A stretch of DNA of 64,000 nt from Azolla caroliniana (Eukaryota > Plantae > Polypodiophyta), in contig JBHGNT010000002.1 in the NCBI GenBank assembly GCA_043228905.1, positions 16,244,001 through 16,308,000 on the forward strand, read 5' to 3'. Position 1 is the stretch's first letter. The number at the start of each line of letters is the position of its first letter. Of the stretch, positions 12,481-24,907 are shown piece after piece. Both the position numbers and the translations under genes were made by a program. Under the pieces are notes generated by a model, which had not been told where the DNA came from, searched no databases, and saw nothing but the letters and a program-made list of their open reading frames with translations.

Positions 12481-13402
12481 AACTCCCCCTTCACTCTGGC
12501 ATGGGATGGCTTACTAGTCCGATCCGCTTCCAGCATGCATCCAGCTTGTTGGGTATTAGTACTTTGGTCAGCATATCTGACCTGTTCTCGACCGTGTGGA
12601 TCTTCGTCAGCGCGAACTCCTGGTCATCTACTCTTTCCCGGATCCAGTGATACCTTCGCTGGATATGCTTCATCCGGGAATGGTAAGCCGCATTCTTAGC
12701 AAGGTGGATGGCACTTTGACTATCGCAATAGAGCCAGTATTCATCTTGCCGGATACCGAGCTCTCCGATGAAGTCCTTCATCCATAATATTTCCTTGTCG
12801 GCTTCCACCTCCGCCATGTACTCCGTTCCGCGTCCGTGGTTGACAACGCAACCGTCTTCTGCAGCTTCGACTGCCACGAAACAGCTCCCCCTGCATATGT
12901 CATTACATACCTGGATGTAGACCGTGTTAAGAGTCTATTACTAATCAATAGACCAAATCAAGTAAAAAGGAAGAAAATAGATTGGATAGAAGAACCCGTT
13001 CCACCCGACCACCCCCGAGCTATGATCTAGACATAGCCAACCTACCACCGACGTCCCATACCGCCGGATATTAGGATGACTAATACCTTGGAAGAGATAA
13101 ACACGATCGTCGAGACGAAAGCCTAGCCCGCACCACCGGTGTCTACGACAACAGCCTTCCGACGTGATCCCTATGAGGGTAGCTAAGCCTCATATTTATA
13201 CCTTTTCCTAGGCCCCTTGAATAGATGTGCCTTTCTAAAAGGCTCTCTATTCATTGGTTGTCTAAATCATGATAGTGCATGCACATATCATTCATTCTAT
13301 CCAATCATTAGTCCCCTTTTTAATAATAGTGAACATACCCTTCACTAATGTAAATATTAGTGACCTACCCTCACCAACGTTATGTGTACATAACATACTC
13401 CC

Positions 13403-16400
13403 CTACTTCAAAAGATTGCACTCTTGCAATATAAAGTGAGGAAATTGTGCCTTAAGCGAATGCTCGCGTTCCCATGTGGCATCATCAATAGGTTTATCCA
13501 TCCATTTGATCTTGAATAGCCGAATCTCTTTAGAACGTAAACGTTTAGTACGAGAATCAAGAATTCGTTCAGGAACATGAGGTTTGTAAGAAAAATCCTC
13601 TAATGTTACAAGATCTTGGATTGTGATGGTGTTATCACCAGAGCCTAAAAATGGTTTTAGACGACTGACGTGAAAAACAGGATGAATACCAACGTTACGA
13701 GGTAAGGCAAGGTGATAAGCAGATGACCCAACTCGCTTAAGGATTTCAAATGGGCCACAATATCGTGGGGCTAACTTAGCGCACTTGCCCGTAGATAATG
13801 ACGTAGAATCAGTCGGGACACGCAAAAAAACTTTTTGACCAATAGTAAATGCACGAGGACGTCTATCCTAATCAGCATAAAATCGAGCACGATCTTGAGC
13901 TGTCTTGACATTTTCTTTGGCAATATGCAACATTTGGTTCATGTCTTGCAAAAAATTGCGTGTACTGTCTAATGTATCACGATGAATCGTGACATCAACT
14001 GGGGCACGTGGCTGAAAACCATATATCAACATAAAAGGACTATATCCAGTGGATGTATGTTTAGAGCTATTATAGGCAAATTCTAAGATAGGAAGGTATT
14101 GCTCCCACTTAGAAGGGGTTTTTGCTACATAAGGTCGAAGCATGTCCTCAATAATTTGATTAACTCGTTCAGTTTGTCCATCAGACTGAGGATGATCTGC
14201 GGAACTCATGCTCAACGTAGTTTCTAGTTTCTTAAAGACCTGAGTCCAAAGTAAACTTGGAATCTCGATCACTAACAATATCCATCGGTAATCCATAAAA
14301 ACGAAATAACTCATCAACAAATTGATAAGCCAACTGTTGAGCGGTTACCGTGGTTTTTGTAGGAATAAATCTAGCTAATTTTGTTAGCTTGTCAACGACA
14401 ACCCATATGGCATCATGACCCCTCTGTGTACGAGGTAAACTAACAATAAAATCCATCGAGATACTTTCCCATTTATTGTTGGGAATATCTAAGGGATGTA
14501 AAAGACCAGCAGCTTTAAGTCGTTCCGACTTATTAATCTGACATTGTAAGCATTGAGTTACGTATTTATGCACGTCAGAGCGCATCTTAGGCCAGAAAAA
14601 AGTACACGAGATGAGAACGAGTGTGCGTTGTATTCCAGGATGACCAGCAGATGGTGCATCATGACCTTCATGAAAAATTTTCTGTTTAACATTTGGTAAA
14701 TCTGGAACACAGACCTTTCCACTACGGTAGAGCAAACCGTTTGTAATGTGAAAGGTCGCCTTCGAGGGTAGGGTGCTAGTATCGGCATCTAAACCAGATT
14801 CGGCTTTCGTCTAGTATTTTGAGAAATAACTGTCATCAAGGTATTTCCCTCGAAGGTGATCTAAAAGATCAGATTTTATTTCCGTGAAGCTAAGCATGTT
14901 AACTTCTTTAATGCGACTAAGAGCATCAGCAACGGTGTTCATAGAACCCTTGTGATATAGTATGGAAAAATCAAAATCTTGCATAAGGTCAGCCCAACGG
15001 CCTTTACGACCAACAAGATCGGGCTGGTCACAAAAATACTTTAATGATTGATGGTCTGTTGTAACCACAAATTTATTTCCATAGAGATAGTGCCTCCATG
15101 TTTTAAGTGCGTGTATCACCGCAAACAACTCTTTCTCTTGAACCGAATACCGAGATTGAGCAGCATCAAGCTTCTTACTTTCAAAAGCAATAGGGTGACC
15201 ACCTTGATAAAGAACGGCACCAATAGCATAATCACTAGCATCGGTTTCAATTGAGAAAGGCTTAGAAGGGTCTGGTAATAGAAGAGTGGGAGCCTGACAC
15301 ACATGCTCCTTGAGTGTCTCAAATGATTTGTCAAGTTGTTCATTCCATGAAATTGGTTTGACAGACTTACGTGGATGACCTTTTAAAAGGTCAGTTAATG
15401 GCGTAGTCAATTTGGAATAGTTACGAATTGATTTTCGTAAAAATCCAACAAACCCTAAGAATGATCTAAGTTCACGAATATTACGAGGAATGGGCCAAAG
15501 TTTAACCTTTTCAATACGAGAAGGTTCAATTTCAACGCCATTTTCTGTAATTAAATGACCTAGGTACACAATAGATTTTTGGAAGAAGTCACATTTTGAA
15601 TGTTTTGCATAGAAAGAGTTGTCACGCAACTTTCGCAAAACAAATCGAACATGTTGAACATGATCTTGCAAGGTACGGCTATATATCAAAATATCATCCA
15701 GGAAGACGACAACAAAATCACCGAGTTGATCTCGGAAAACATCATTCATCGCTTGTTGGAATGTGGCTGAAGCATTAGTCAACCCAAACGGCATGACTAA
15801 AAACTCATAATGGCCATAGCGCGTACGAAAAGCGGTTTTAGGAATATCATCCTCGGCGATGCGAATCTGATGATAACCAGTTCGTAAGTCAATTTTCGTA
15901 AAATATCGAGCCCCGTGCAAACGATCAATCAAATCATCGGCACGAGGTAATGGATATGCATTCTTAATTGTCATTTTATTCAAACGGCGATAATTGATAC
16001 ACATTCGCCACGAACCTTCCTTCTTCTTGACTAATAGAACTGGCGCACCCCAAGGTGATTTACTATACCTAATGTGGCCCATACTCAAGTATTCCTTAAG
16101 TTGTTTAGCGATCTCATCCTCTTCTAATCGACTAAGTCGGTAAGGTGGAATGCTCACAGGAGCAGGCCCAGGGATGAGTTCAATTTGATGGTCCACATTA
16201 CGTTTAGGTGGTAAAGTAAGCGGTAATTTAGTAGGAAACACATCTTGAAAAACCTCTAAAATAGAGTCGAGTAATCGTTGCTCAAAATGTGGTAATTGTG
16301 TGGCGTCAATATTAAAATAATAAAATTGAACCGCAGGATCAATTACACACGAATAAATTAATGAACTAGAATACTCACTTAAAGATTTAGAAGACACAAG

Positions 16401-16874
16401 TGAATGAGAAGGAAGTTTGGAACATTGAATAAAATGTTTACAATTATTAAGTTCAAATGTGATTGAGTGATTAACCCAATCAATGGACAAAGAAGGGTTT
16501 TTATTAAAAAACCAAGGATATCCTAAAATGACATCTGCGGATTGTAATTTCATAACATGAAAGTCAAGCTTCTCCAAATAAGTATCTATTTGAATTGGCA
16601 GTTGACAAACAATGCCACTGATGTATTGAACGTTTCCATTTGCCATGTGAACTTAATAGATATGATCACTTGCGTTTATGTGGAGCTCCATTTGCTGCAC
16701 AAAGTGATCATTAAGAAAATTGTGAGAACTACCGGAATCAAACAAGAAATGTGCTTGTGTTCCATTGATATATCCGACTGCTCGGAGTAAATCATTAGGT
16801 CCAAGTAAATGTGAAGGAAAAGTGCATTCACATAAACTTAAGTGATTGGTATGAACTTCAACAATATCAAAAGA
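13403..16874 (-). pseudogene. pol: Chromovirus pol (PR-RT-RH-INT-chromodomain) with stops and frameshifts
   Basis: ORFs 14811-16646, 14232-14735, 13868-14320 and 13403-13825. Confidence 0.93.
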
Positions 16875-17798
16875 CTAACCTGTGTGACTCGTAGATTTGT
16901 CTTGAGGAGGGGTGTTCATTGACTTCCTCTCAAGACGACGACAGGTATCCTTTGTGTGGCCCCGCTTCTTGCAATATGCACAGAAGAGGTTCGGTTTCTT
17001 TGAGTCGCGGTCAAGAGTGTCACTGGATTGCTTACGTTTCCCAATGAACTTGACATTCGGAGTTTTGGCGAACTCAGGTTTATTGTGGTCTTTCTTGGAA
17101 GTCCTATGGTATCGCAGCACAATGTTGACGGCTTCCTCGAAAGTTGTGGGGTCCTTGTCATGGACAATCCAATGATAATCCCCATTGGGAATACCATTCA
17201 AAAAACAAGCGACAAACCATTTCTCACCCGTAAGTCCCGATTTTTGGATCTGGGTCCGAGCGTGATGCACATAATCCTCGAGAGAGGTAAATGGCTTACT
17301 AGACAATGTGAGCAAGTGTTGCGCTTGTTCGGTTTGAGAAGGTGGCTGCAAGAATTGTTTCTTAAAAACATCAACGAAACCTTCCCAAGTTGTGGGTAAG
17401 TTTTTTGCGGTCCTTAGGCCACGCCACCAAGCAGCAACTCGGCCACCTAACTTACGACCGACATAACCAATTTTTACTGCATCGGGCTTGGGATGAAGCT
17501 CAAAGTGAGACTCCCAACGACCAAGCCAAGTGCTAATGGCCTCCTCGGTTCTTTCTTTCTTATCTCCCTTGAAAGGCGTGACTACGAAGGAAGGTTCACC
17601 TTCTTTCTTGGACTCAATAGTTAATTCTTGGAATTTCTTATCCAATGCCATATTGGCCTGTCTCATTTCGGCCAGTTGATTCAAGGTAGTAGTGAGCAAT
17701 TGCTCAATAGTGATCTCAGCTTGTGTGCGAGATGCGGATTGGGGTTGAGAGGTCTCATTTGGAGAGATCGTTCTAACTGCGTTCAAAACTTGTTCCAT
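16875..17798 (-). CDS. gag: Chromovirus Gag, 307 aa, with a CCHC zinc knuckle
   Basis: Open ORF containing AAWW...LPTTWEGFVDVFKKQF and CAYCKKRGHTKDTC. Confidence 0.88.
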   Translation of the reverse strand: MEQVLNAVRTISPNETSQPQSASRTQAEITIEQLLTTTLNQLAEMRQANMALDKKFQELTIESKKEGEPSFVVTPFKGDKKERTEEAISTWLGRWESHFELHPKPDAVKIGYVGRKLGGRVAAWWRGLRTAKNLPTTWEGFVDVFKKQFLQPPSQTEQAQHLLTLSSKPFTSLEDYVHHARTQIQKSGLTGEKWFVACFLNGIPNGDYHWIVHDKDPTTFEEAVNIVLRYHRTSKKDHNKPEFAKTPNVKFIGKRKQSSDTLDRDSKKPNLFCAYCKKRGHTKDTCRRLERKSMNTPPQDKSTSHTG

Positions 17799-18808
17799 GA
17801 TGCACGCTGTGGGTATGCAATAAAATAAGGAGGTTCAGAAAATACACAAGCAAAATGAATGCTTGAAATTTTGATTGAAAGAACTTTATCCAAGAAAGTA
17901 TCTCATGTCTTTACCCCTCTAGACATATGAGATGTGATTCGAGATCCGATAACTATGGTAACACTATGGTGTTTTAAAAACCATGGGGGAAAACATAGCT
18001 AAGATGTATTTCTCGGATCTCTATCTTGAGTAATCATGGCGGCTCCCCGAGGCTCAACCATGGTTCTTACATCAATGAAATTTCCTAGATAGCCTTATAT
18101 TAATGCCAACCCATCATGTATTATATGGTCGAGAAAGTGTATTACGTGAAAAAACAAGTGCACTCACAAGTAATATTCTAGTCTTGCGAGCAATAAGCAA
18201 ACGTGATGATAAAATGATAAAATAAGGCACTACTCATAAGAGTTAAGTAGTGACGAAAACAAGGGTAAAAAAAAAAAGAAAAAAGAACCCATGTGTTACC
18301 TACGAAAAAAACAATGTCCCAAATAAATGGGAAGTGCAAGGTATGCACATATACATCCCAATATGATTGTTATAACTTGCACAATTGTGACATAAGCCAC
18401 AAATTGATACAAGTGATGACGGTGTTGTGCGCAAAGATGTAATACTCAAATCCATGAGTAAAACATCAATAAGGGAACTCATATGGTTTTACTCGTTTTC
18501 TAAGGCTTGATGATAAGAGTTAAACCTAGATGACCCGTTGAAAAAAAAAATCGTTCAACAAGCCACTCCATACGAAAAAAATAGTCTACACGTAAAGGTT
18601 ACATTAAAATTAAACGATGTAAATACTTTATACATGAAAAGGAAGTGGAAAAAGGAGAGTTAATTGTGGGCGGGTAAATAATAATTACTAGAAAATCATT
18701 TAAGTGAAACAATACTTATGAAATTAAAATTTAATTAGAATAATCAACAATTAGGTGTATGGAATCAAACATGCCCTAAGATACGAAACCCTAGGGTAGT
18801 TGACATGC

Positions 18809-19130
18809 ACCTCCTCAAGACCACCACATATCCCTAGAATCGGCCAAGTAATGGCTAATTAAAGAGGAAAGTGGCATAGGTAAGTGACATATACCTCGTC
18901 AAGGCCACATCATCCCTTAGAATCGGCCAATTGATGGCCAATTAAAAAGCAAAGTGGCATATGTAAGCTACATATACCTTGTCAAGGCCACAACATCCCA
19001 TAGAATCGGCCAATTGATGGCTTAATAGAGAGTAGAGTGGCATAGGTAGGCAATATACACCTCGTCAAGGCCACATCATCCCTTAGAATCGGCCAAGTGA
19101 TGGCTCAATAGAGGGGAAGAGTGGTATACT
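18809..19130. repeat. Tandem repeat of about 83 bp, 4 copies, in the chromovirus leader
   Basis: acctcgtcaaggccac...tagaatcggccaa...gtggcata recurs four times. A separate pair of about 60 bp lies near 19139 and 19258. Confidence 0.9.
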
Positions 19131-20034
19131 CAACATCATATGCAAAACGGCCATGAGATAAGCGTGTGCGATTAGAGCAAACACGCTCGACCCAATGCAC
19201 AAGAATAATTATTATCGTAAGAGTTCAAGAGAGGAGAGAGTGGGATATATATCGCAATATGCAAAAGGCCATGAGTTGAGCGTGTGCGATTAGTGCAAAC
19301 ACGCTCGGCCCGATGCATAATAATAAGTAAAGTCGTAGCGTAGTAGGAGGTAGAAAGAAAGAGAATAAAACGTAATACCAATTTGATTCGACCATAAAGA
19401 ACGCATAATAGAAAAAGAGAAGAGATCAAAAAAGAAGAATACCGGGTTTAGAGTGTTGTTTTGATCCTGAGAAGAGCATGACGAGCCTTGTTAGATCCCC
19501 CTCGCTCACACGCAAAAAACATCAAAACAACAAAAAAATTGTTAGTAAAAGCTCTGATACCACTGTTAAGAGTCTATTACTAATCAATAGACCAAATCAA
19601 GTAAAAAGGAAGAAAATAGATTGGATAGAAGAATCCGTTCCACCCGACCACCCCCGAGCTATGATCTAGACATAGCCAACCTACCACCGACGTCCCATAC
19701 CGCCGGATATTAGGATGACTAATACCTTGGAAGAGATAAACACGATCGTCGAGACGAAAGCCTAGCCCGCACCACCGGTGTCTACGACAACAGCCTTCCG
19801 ACGTGATCCCTATGAGGGTAGCTAAGCCTCATATTTATACCTTTTCCTAGGCCCCTTGAATAGATGTGCCTTTCTAAAAGGCTCTCTATTCATTGGTTGT
19901 CTAAATCATGATAGTGCATGCACATATCATTCATTCTATCCAATCATTAGTCCCCTTTTTAATAATAGTGAACATACCCTTCACTAATGTAAATATTAGT
20001 GACCTACCCTCACCAACGTTATGTGTACATAACA

Positions 20035-23000
20035 GACCGGCTGGTATCCATATCAGCCGACATCTCCGAATCGGTAAAACCGTCAAGTTGAAGTTTACCG
20101 GAGACGAATCAGAGACACATATTCAAAGTGCCCTTCAAGTACCGGAGTATCCATTTGACCGCGTTCCAGTGCTCCTTACCGGGATTGCTCATGAATCGGC
20201 TCACTACTCCGACTGCGTATCCAATATCCGGTTGATTACACACCATTGCGTACATTAAGCTCCCGACAACAGAGGCATATGGAACCTTCATCATTTCCCC
20301 TTCTCTGCTTTCATTTTCGGGCTTTGCTTACCAGATAACCTGCAGTTTGCCTGAAGTGTTGATCCGACCGGTTTCGCATCTGACATGTTGAACCGCTGAA
20401 ACACCTTTGTCACGTACGTCTCTTGTGACAGCCACAATTGCTTCATTGACCGGTCCCAGATAATATGCATCCCCATCATCTGTCTTGCCGGACCCAAGTC
20501 TTTCATTGAGAAGGTCCAGTTGAGAGCCTTCTTCAACATCCGTATTTTGGCTTGGTCCCGTCTGACGATCAACATGTCGTCCACATACAGAAGGAGTATC
20601 AAGAAGTCGCCTCCTTCGAACTTCTTCACAAACACGCAGTGATCAGCATGTGTCTTGTGGTACCCTTGATCGGTCATGAAGGAGTCGAACTTCCGGTACC
20701 ATTGCCAGGGTGCCTGCTTCAACCTGTAAAGGCTCTTCTTCAGCTGGCAAACCAGGTGCTCCTTCCCTTTCTCCACGAATCCTTCCGGTTGTTGCATGTA
20801 GATCTCCTCTTCGAGGTCACCGTGAAAGAATGTCGTCTTCACGTCTAGCTGTTCTACCTCGAGGTCCATGCTTGCCGCTATACTCAGCACCGTCCGGATG
20901 GAGGTCATCTTTACTACCGAGGCAAATATCTCGTCAAAGTCCACACCCTTCTTCTGCTAGAACCCCTTCACCACGATCCTAGCTTTGTATCTCGGGGGGT
21001 TGCCGGCATCTCCCGGTTTCAACTTGTACACCCACTTGTTTCGGAGTGCCCGCTTTCCTTTCGGCAACTCCACCAATTTGTACGTATGGTTCTTATGGAG
21101 GGAATCCATCTCATCCTGCATGGCACTTAACCATTTGCGGTTGTGGGTGTCATCCTTCGCTTCATCGAAGCTTTCTGGCTCCCCCTTATCGGTTAGCACC
21201 ACATGCTCTGCATCCGGAAATCTCCGGGGGGGGGGGGGGGGGGGGGGGGGCTTCTCTCTCTGAGAGGATATCTCCGTCTTTGGCCTTCGGCAACCGGCTC
21301 CACTATTTTCTCTTTATCCGAATCCGATTCGGGGTCTAGGCCGGTTCCGGTTTCAGCTTCCTCTACTTCTTCTTCTGCCGGTTCGGTATCCTCACCGTAA
21401 CCGGCGGGCTCATCGAGTGCTAACCGGTCTCTTGCCAGTTGGGTCTGCTCATCGTAGAATCGATCCTTACCAATCGACTCGGGGTTCATTACCTTCTTCT
21501 CCGACTCCCATTCGACGAGCGTCTTGTCCTCCATGAAGATAATATCTCGACTCCGGAAATCCTTCTTGTCGACCATGTCCCACACTCGGTAGCCGAACTC
21601 ATCGTCGCCGTAACCGAGGAATATGCATGGCCGGGTCTTTGGATCGAACTTTCCTCTCCGGTCCTTAACTACATGCACGTACGCGAGACACCCGAACACC
21701 TTCAGATGCCGGTAGGACACTTCCTTACCGGTCCATACTCTCTACGGCGTGTCTCCGTCCAAGGGTACTAAGGGTGATCTGTTTATCACATATGTCGTCG
21801 TCGACAGTGCCTCAACCTAAAACTTCTTGGGTAGTTTTGCATGCGCTAGCATCCTCTGGACCCTCTCCATTATGGTCCGGTTCATCCTTCCGGCCAACCC
21901 GTTTAGTTCTGGCATCTTCGGCACGGTAAATTCAAGCCGGATTCCCTTCGAGCGGCAATACTCCTCGAACTGCCCCCGATATTCTCCTCCGTTATCTGCT
22001 CGAACCGCATGGAGCTCTTTGAAGACAGATAGTACTTGATCCTTCGTCTTCAACGGTGTGGCCCACAGCTTCCGGCTGTGGTAATCTATGAACGTCACGA
22101 AGTACTGCGATCCTGCATGTGACTTCGTGTCCACTTGACATACATTAGTATGCACCAACTCCAGTGATGCATTACGTCTCATCGGTGGCCTCGATCGGAA
22201 GGAGGTCCGGTTTTGTTTACCGGCTAGACAATCAATGCACTTCTCCAAGTGCACGTTCTTCACTGGAATGAGGTTGTCGTTTGCAAGCCTCTTCATCCCC
22301 TTCTCGCTCATGTGACACAGCCTTTTGTGCCACAGCTCACCGGCAGTGTCAGATACCATGTTCACTTCTTCCGGGCATAACCGGGCATTCATCAGGTACA
22401 ACGTGTTTACCTTCCGGGCCTGAGCCACAATCAGGCTCCCTTTGCTGAACTTCATAACACCGTTCTGGATGCTACCCGTGTAGCCTTCATCATCTAGCCG
22501 ACCGGCTGATATAAGGTTCAGTCGAACCTCCGGAACATGTCAGACATCTTTCAGCAGTAGCTTGCATCCGGTTGGTGTTGTCAACCACACGTCTCCTATG
22601 CCGACAATTCGGCATGTATCTTCATTCCCCATCCGGACACAACTGTGATCACCATCTGTGTAGGATGAGAAGTATTTACGGTCCGAGGTAAGGTGGAACG
22701 ACGCTTCGGAGTCGACCACCAAGGTCATCTTGTCACCGGCAAGGTTTAGCTCACTCTCCTCGGTGATAAGCATCAACTCTTCTTCACTTGCCGCGATTGC
22801 CGTCGTTCCCTTTTGGTCCGTTCCCCTCCAGTCTTTACCATTCCGGTCTGGTGTTCGCTTCGAATCGGTGCCGTCGGTTTCCTTGTCTTTTCGAAAGTGC
22901 GGACAGTTTTTCTGGAAGTGTCCCGGCTTGCCACAGTAGAAGCAGGTAGGCCTCCCCCTTGACTTTGACCGTGTCCCCGACTTCTCCCGGTTCTGGGGAC

Positions 23001-23637
23001 TACGGTTCCTTTGTCTTACGCGTTCCGATTCGGTAATGAGCGCTTTGGAGTCGGAGTTCATATCCTTGTCTTTTCGACGCGCCTCCTCATCTAGCAAGCT
23101 CGACTTCACTCTTGCTAGGGATAATTGTTTCCCTTCTGGCCCGGCGTTGCCCAAAGTGACAACCAACGTCTCCCAGGTATCTAGAAGGGAACCGAGCAGG
23201 AGTAGCGCTAGTACCTCATCGGTGAGAGGTACTTCCAATGATGTTGCCTGGTGTATCAGCCCCTGGAAGGCATTCATGTGCTCCGTCATGCTGGAACCAT
23301 CTTGGTACCGGAGCCTTACTAGCTTCCGGAATACCGAAACCTAGTTAACAACATTTTTGTTCTGAAACATAATGTCGATCTTCTCCCAGAGCTCATGAGC
23401 CTTGCTCTCTTCATTGAAGTTATTGTATAAGCTCATGTCGATGAAGCACCGTATGTACGTTGTTGTCTTCATGTGCATGACCTCCCATATCGTGGCGTCG
23501 ATTTTGTCCAGTCTCTTGTCCCCGAACTGAACCAGAAGCCAAAGATCTTTAACCACGAGCATGTCCCTCATCTTCGACTTCCACTCCGAATAGTTGGAGC
23601 CGGTGAGCTTGAACATGCCTCCCAATGAATCGTCCAT
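20035..23637 (-). pseudogene. Copia gag-pol (gag, PR, INT, RT)
   Basis: ORFs 23341-23712, 22540-23289, 21817-22455, 21193-21720, 20957-21202 and 20291-20944. A G25 run lies at 21226-21250. Confidence 0.93.
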
Positions 23638-23670
23638 TTTTTTCGGTGTCAATTCACTCTGATACCAATT

Positions 23671-23912
23671 TGACAAGAATACACGCTCCCTAAGCACAAC
23701 GCTCGGCCACAACCGAGCCTAGGATCAAACACAGAAAACGGGTAATGCACGCACGGCACAATGAAGAGAAGAGTACATAGGATGTTAACGTGGAGAACCC
23801 AAACTACGGAAAAACCACGACAGCCCACAGACTACAAACTATCACTATAGCATCGAGGCAACGACCTCGACCTTGCTATCTTTACCACAGGCAGCGGTTA
23901 CAATAGAGTCAA

Positions 23913-23943
<31 letters not shown>

Positions 23944-24282
23944 TACACAGTTACTCTCTCACAATTGTGACAACGACAAATGACTACGCACATACTAAGT
24001 TTTTCGTAAGTCATATTTATACTAATATGACTTTTCAGCTATTTACAAATATAGCCCTAATGGACTCTCAGGAACATATTTACAAATATGTCCCTTCATC
24101 CGGTGAGCACTTCTCACCGGGCCTTCACCATCCGGCCCTTGCCGGGCACTCGTCATCCGGTTCTCATCGGGTCTTCCGTTGCCGGGTACTTCTTCCGTTG
24201 TCGGGTACTCCTCATCCGGTTCTCACCGGGTCTTCCATTGCCGGGTACTCCTATCCCATCTGGAGGGATCTGTTTCCTAACA
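23671..24282 (-). repeat. Copia 5' LTR
   Basis: TGTTAGG...TGTCA on the minus strand, followed by the PBS. Confidence 0.93.
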
Positions 24283-24907
24283 TAAGTAGTCTATAGGAAG
24301 CAAAATCCATCCTGCAGGCATTAACAACGGGAGAAGGCGATTCGCAACCATTTTCGGCGTTTGAATCGGATTCGAACGGCGAGTACAATGCACATTCGAA
24401 TTACCGTAATAGTCACGACACCCCGGACGGACCAGAGGACGAGGAATCAGATAATATACCAACACCGGAACCGACGATAATAGAGCTGGAAGCTTCAGGA
24501 TGGCACGAGGTGGAGCAACCTCCGACACTGCCACGCGGACGAGGGAAGAACTTCGACACCTAAAGAAGGGGAGGAAAGACCTCTGACACCGCCTCCAATA
24601 GAAGAGGAGGAGAGACCTTCGTCACCACCAGCTTGAGTTCCGACACCGGACGACGACATGCCGTTCCAATATCCCAAGTACCAGGATGATCCAGACGTGG
24701 AAGCTCATGTATATGCATTTCTACAAACATGGGAAGCAAACCATGTGTCGTAACGCTTAACCGCCGCCGAAGTAGAATGCTTGAGATTGCAGAGTTTGGC
24801 ATGACCTTGGAAGGACCAGTTGCGCGATGGCGCTTGACGCACCTTCCCAGCACCATCACTATGTTTGAGGACTTGAAAACCCAATTTTACAATTCTTCAA
24901 CAAGGAG

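Larger units (their letters stand above)
12925..20034 (-). mobile_element. Full-length chromovirus (Ty3/gypsy) nested in the copia element, TSD GACCG
   Basis: 471-bp LTRs at 12925-13395 and 19564-20034, PBS(iMet) 19551-19562, and PPT 13396-13404. Domains: gag 16875-17798, protease LFDSGSSHNF, RT (FLDDILIYS), RNase H, integrase with GPF motif, and chromodomain-like PERILD...KIKW...DATWE. Confidence 0.97.
11839..24282 (-). mobile_element. Full-length Ty1/copia element (degenerate), TSD TAAGT
   Basis: 5' LTR 23671-24282, PBS(iMet) 23656-23667, gag with CFYCGKPGHFQKNC, integrase, RT (LLLYVDDMLI), RNase H 12491-12920, PPT 12481-12490, 3' LTR 11868-12480. TAAGT lies at 11834-11838 and 24283-24287. 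Confidence 0.95.

Noticed and set aside
21226-21250. G25 run (and the C run near 5908-5926) as a functional motif
   Set aside because: Homopolymer expansion or sequencing error is more likely; the duplicate near 7133 has a short C run.
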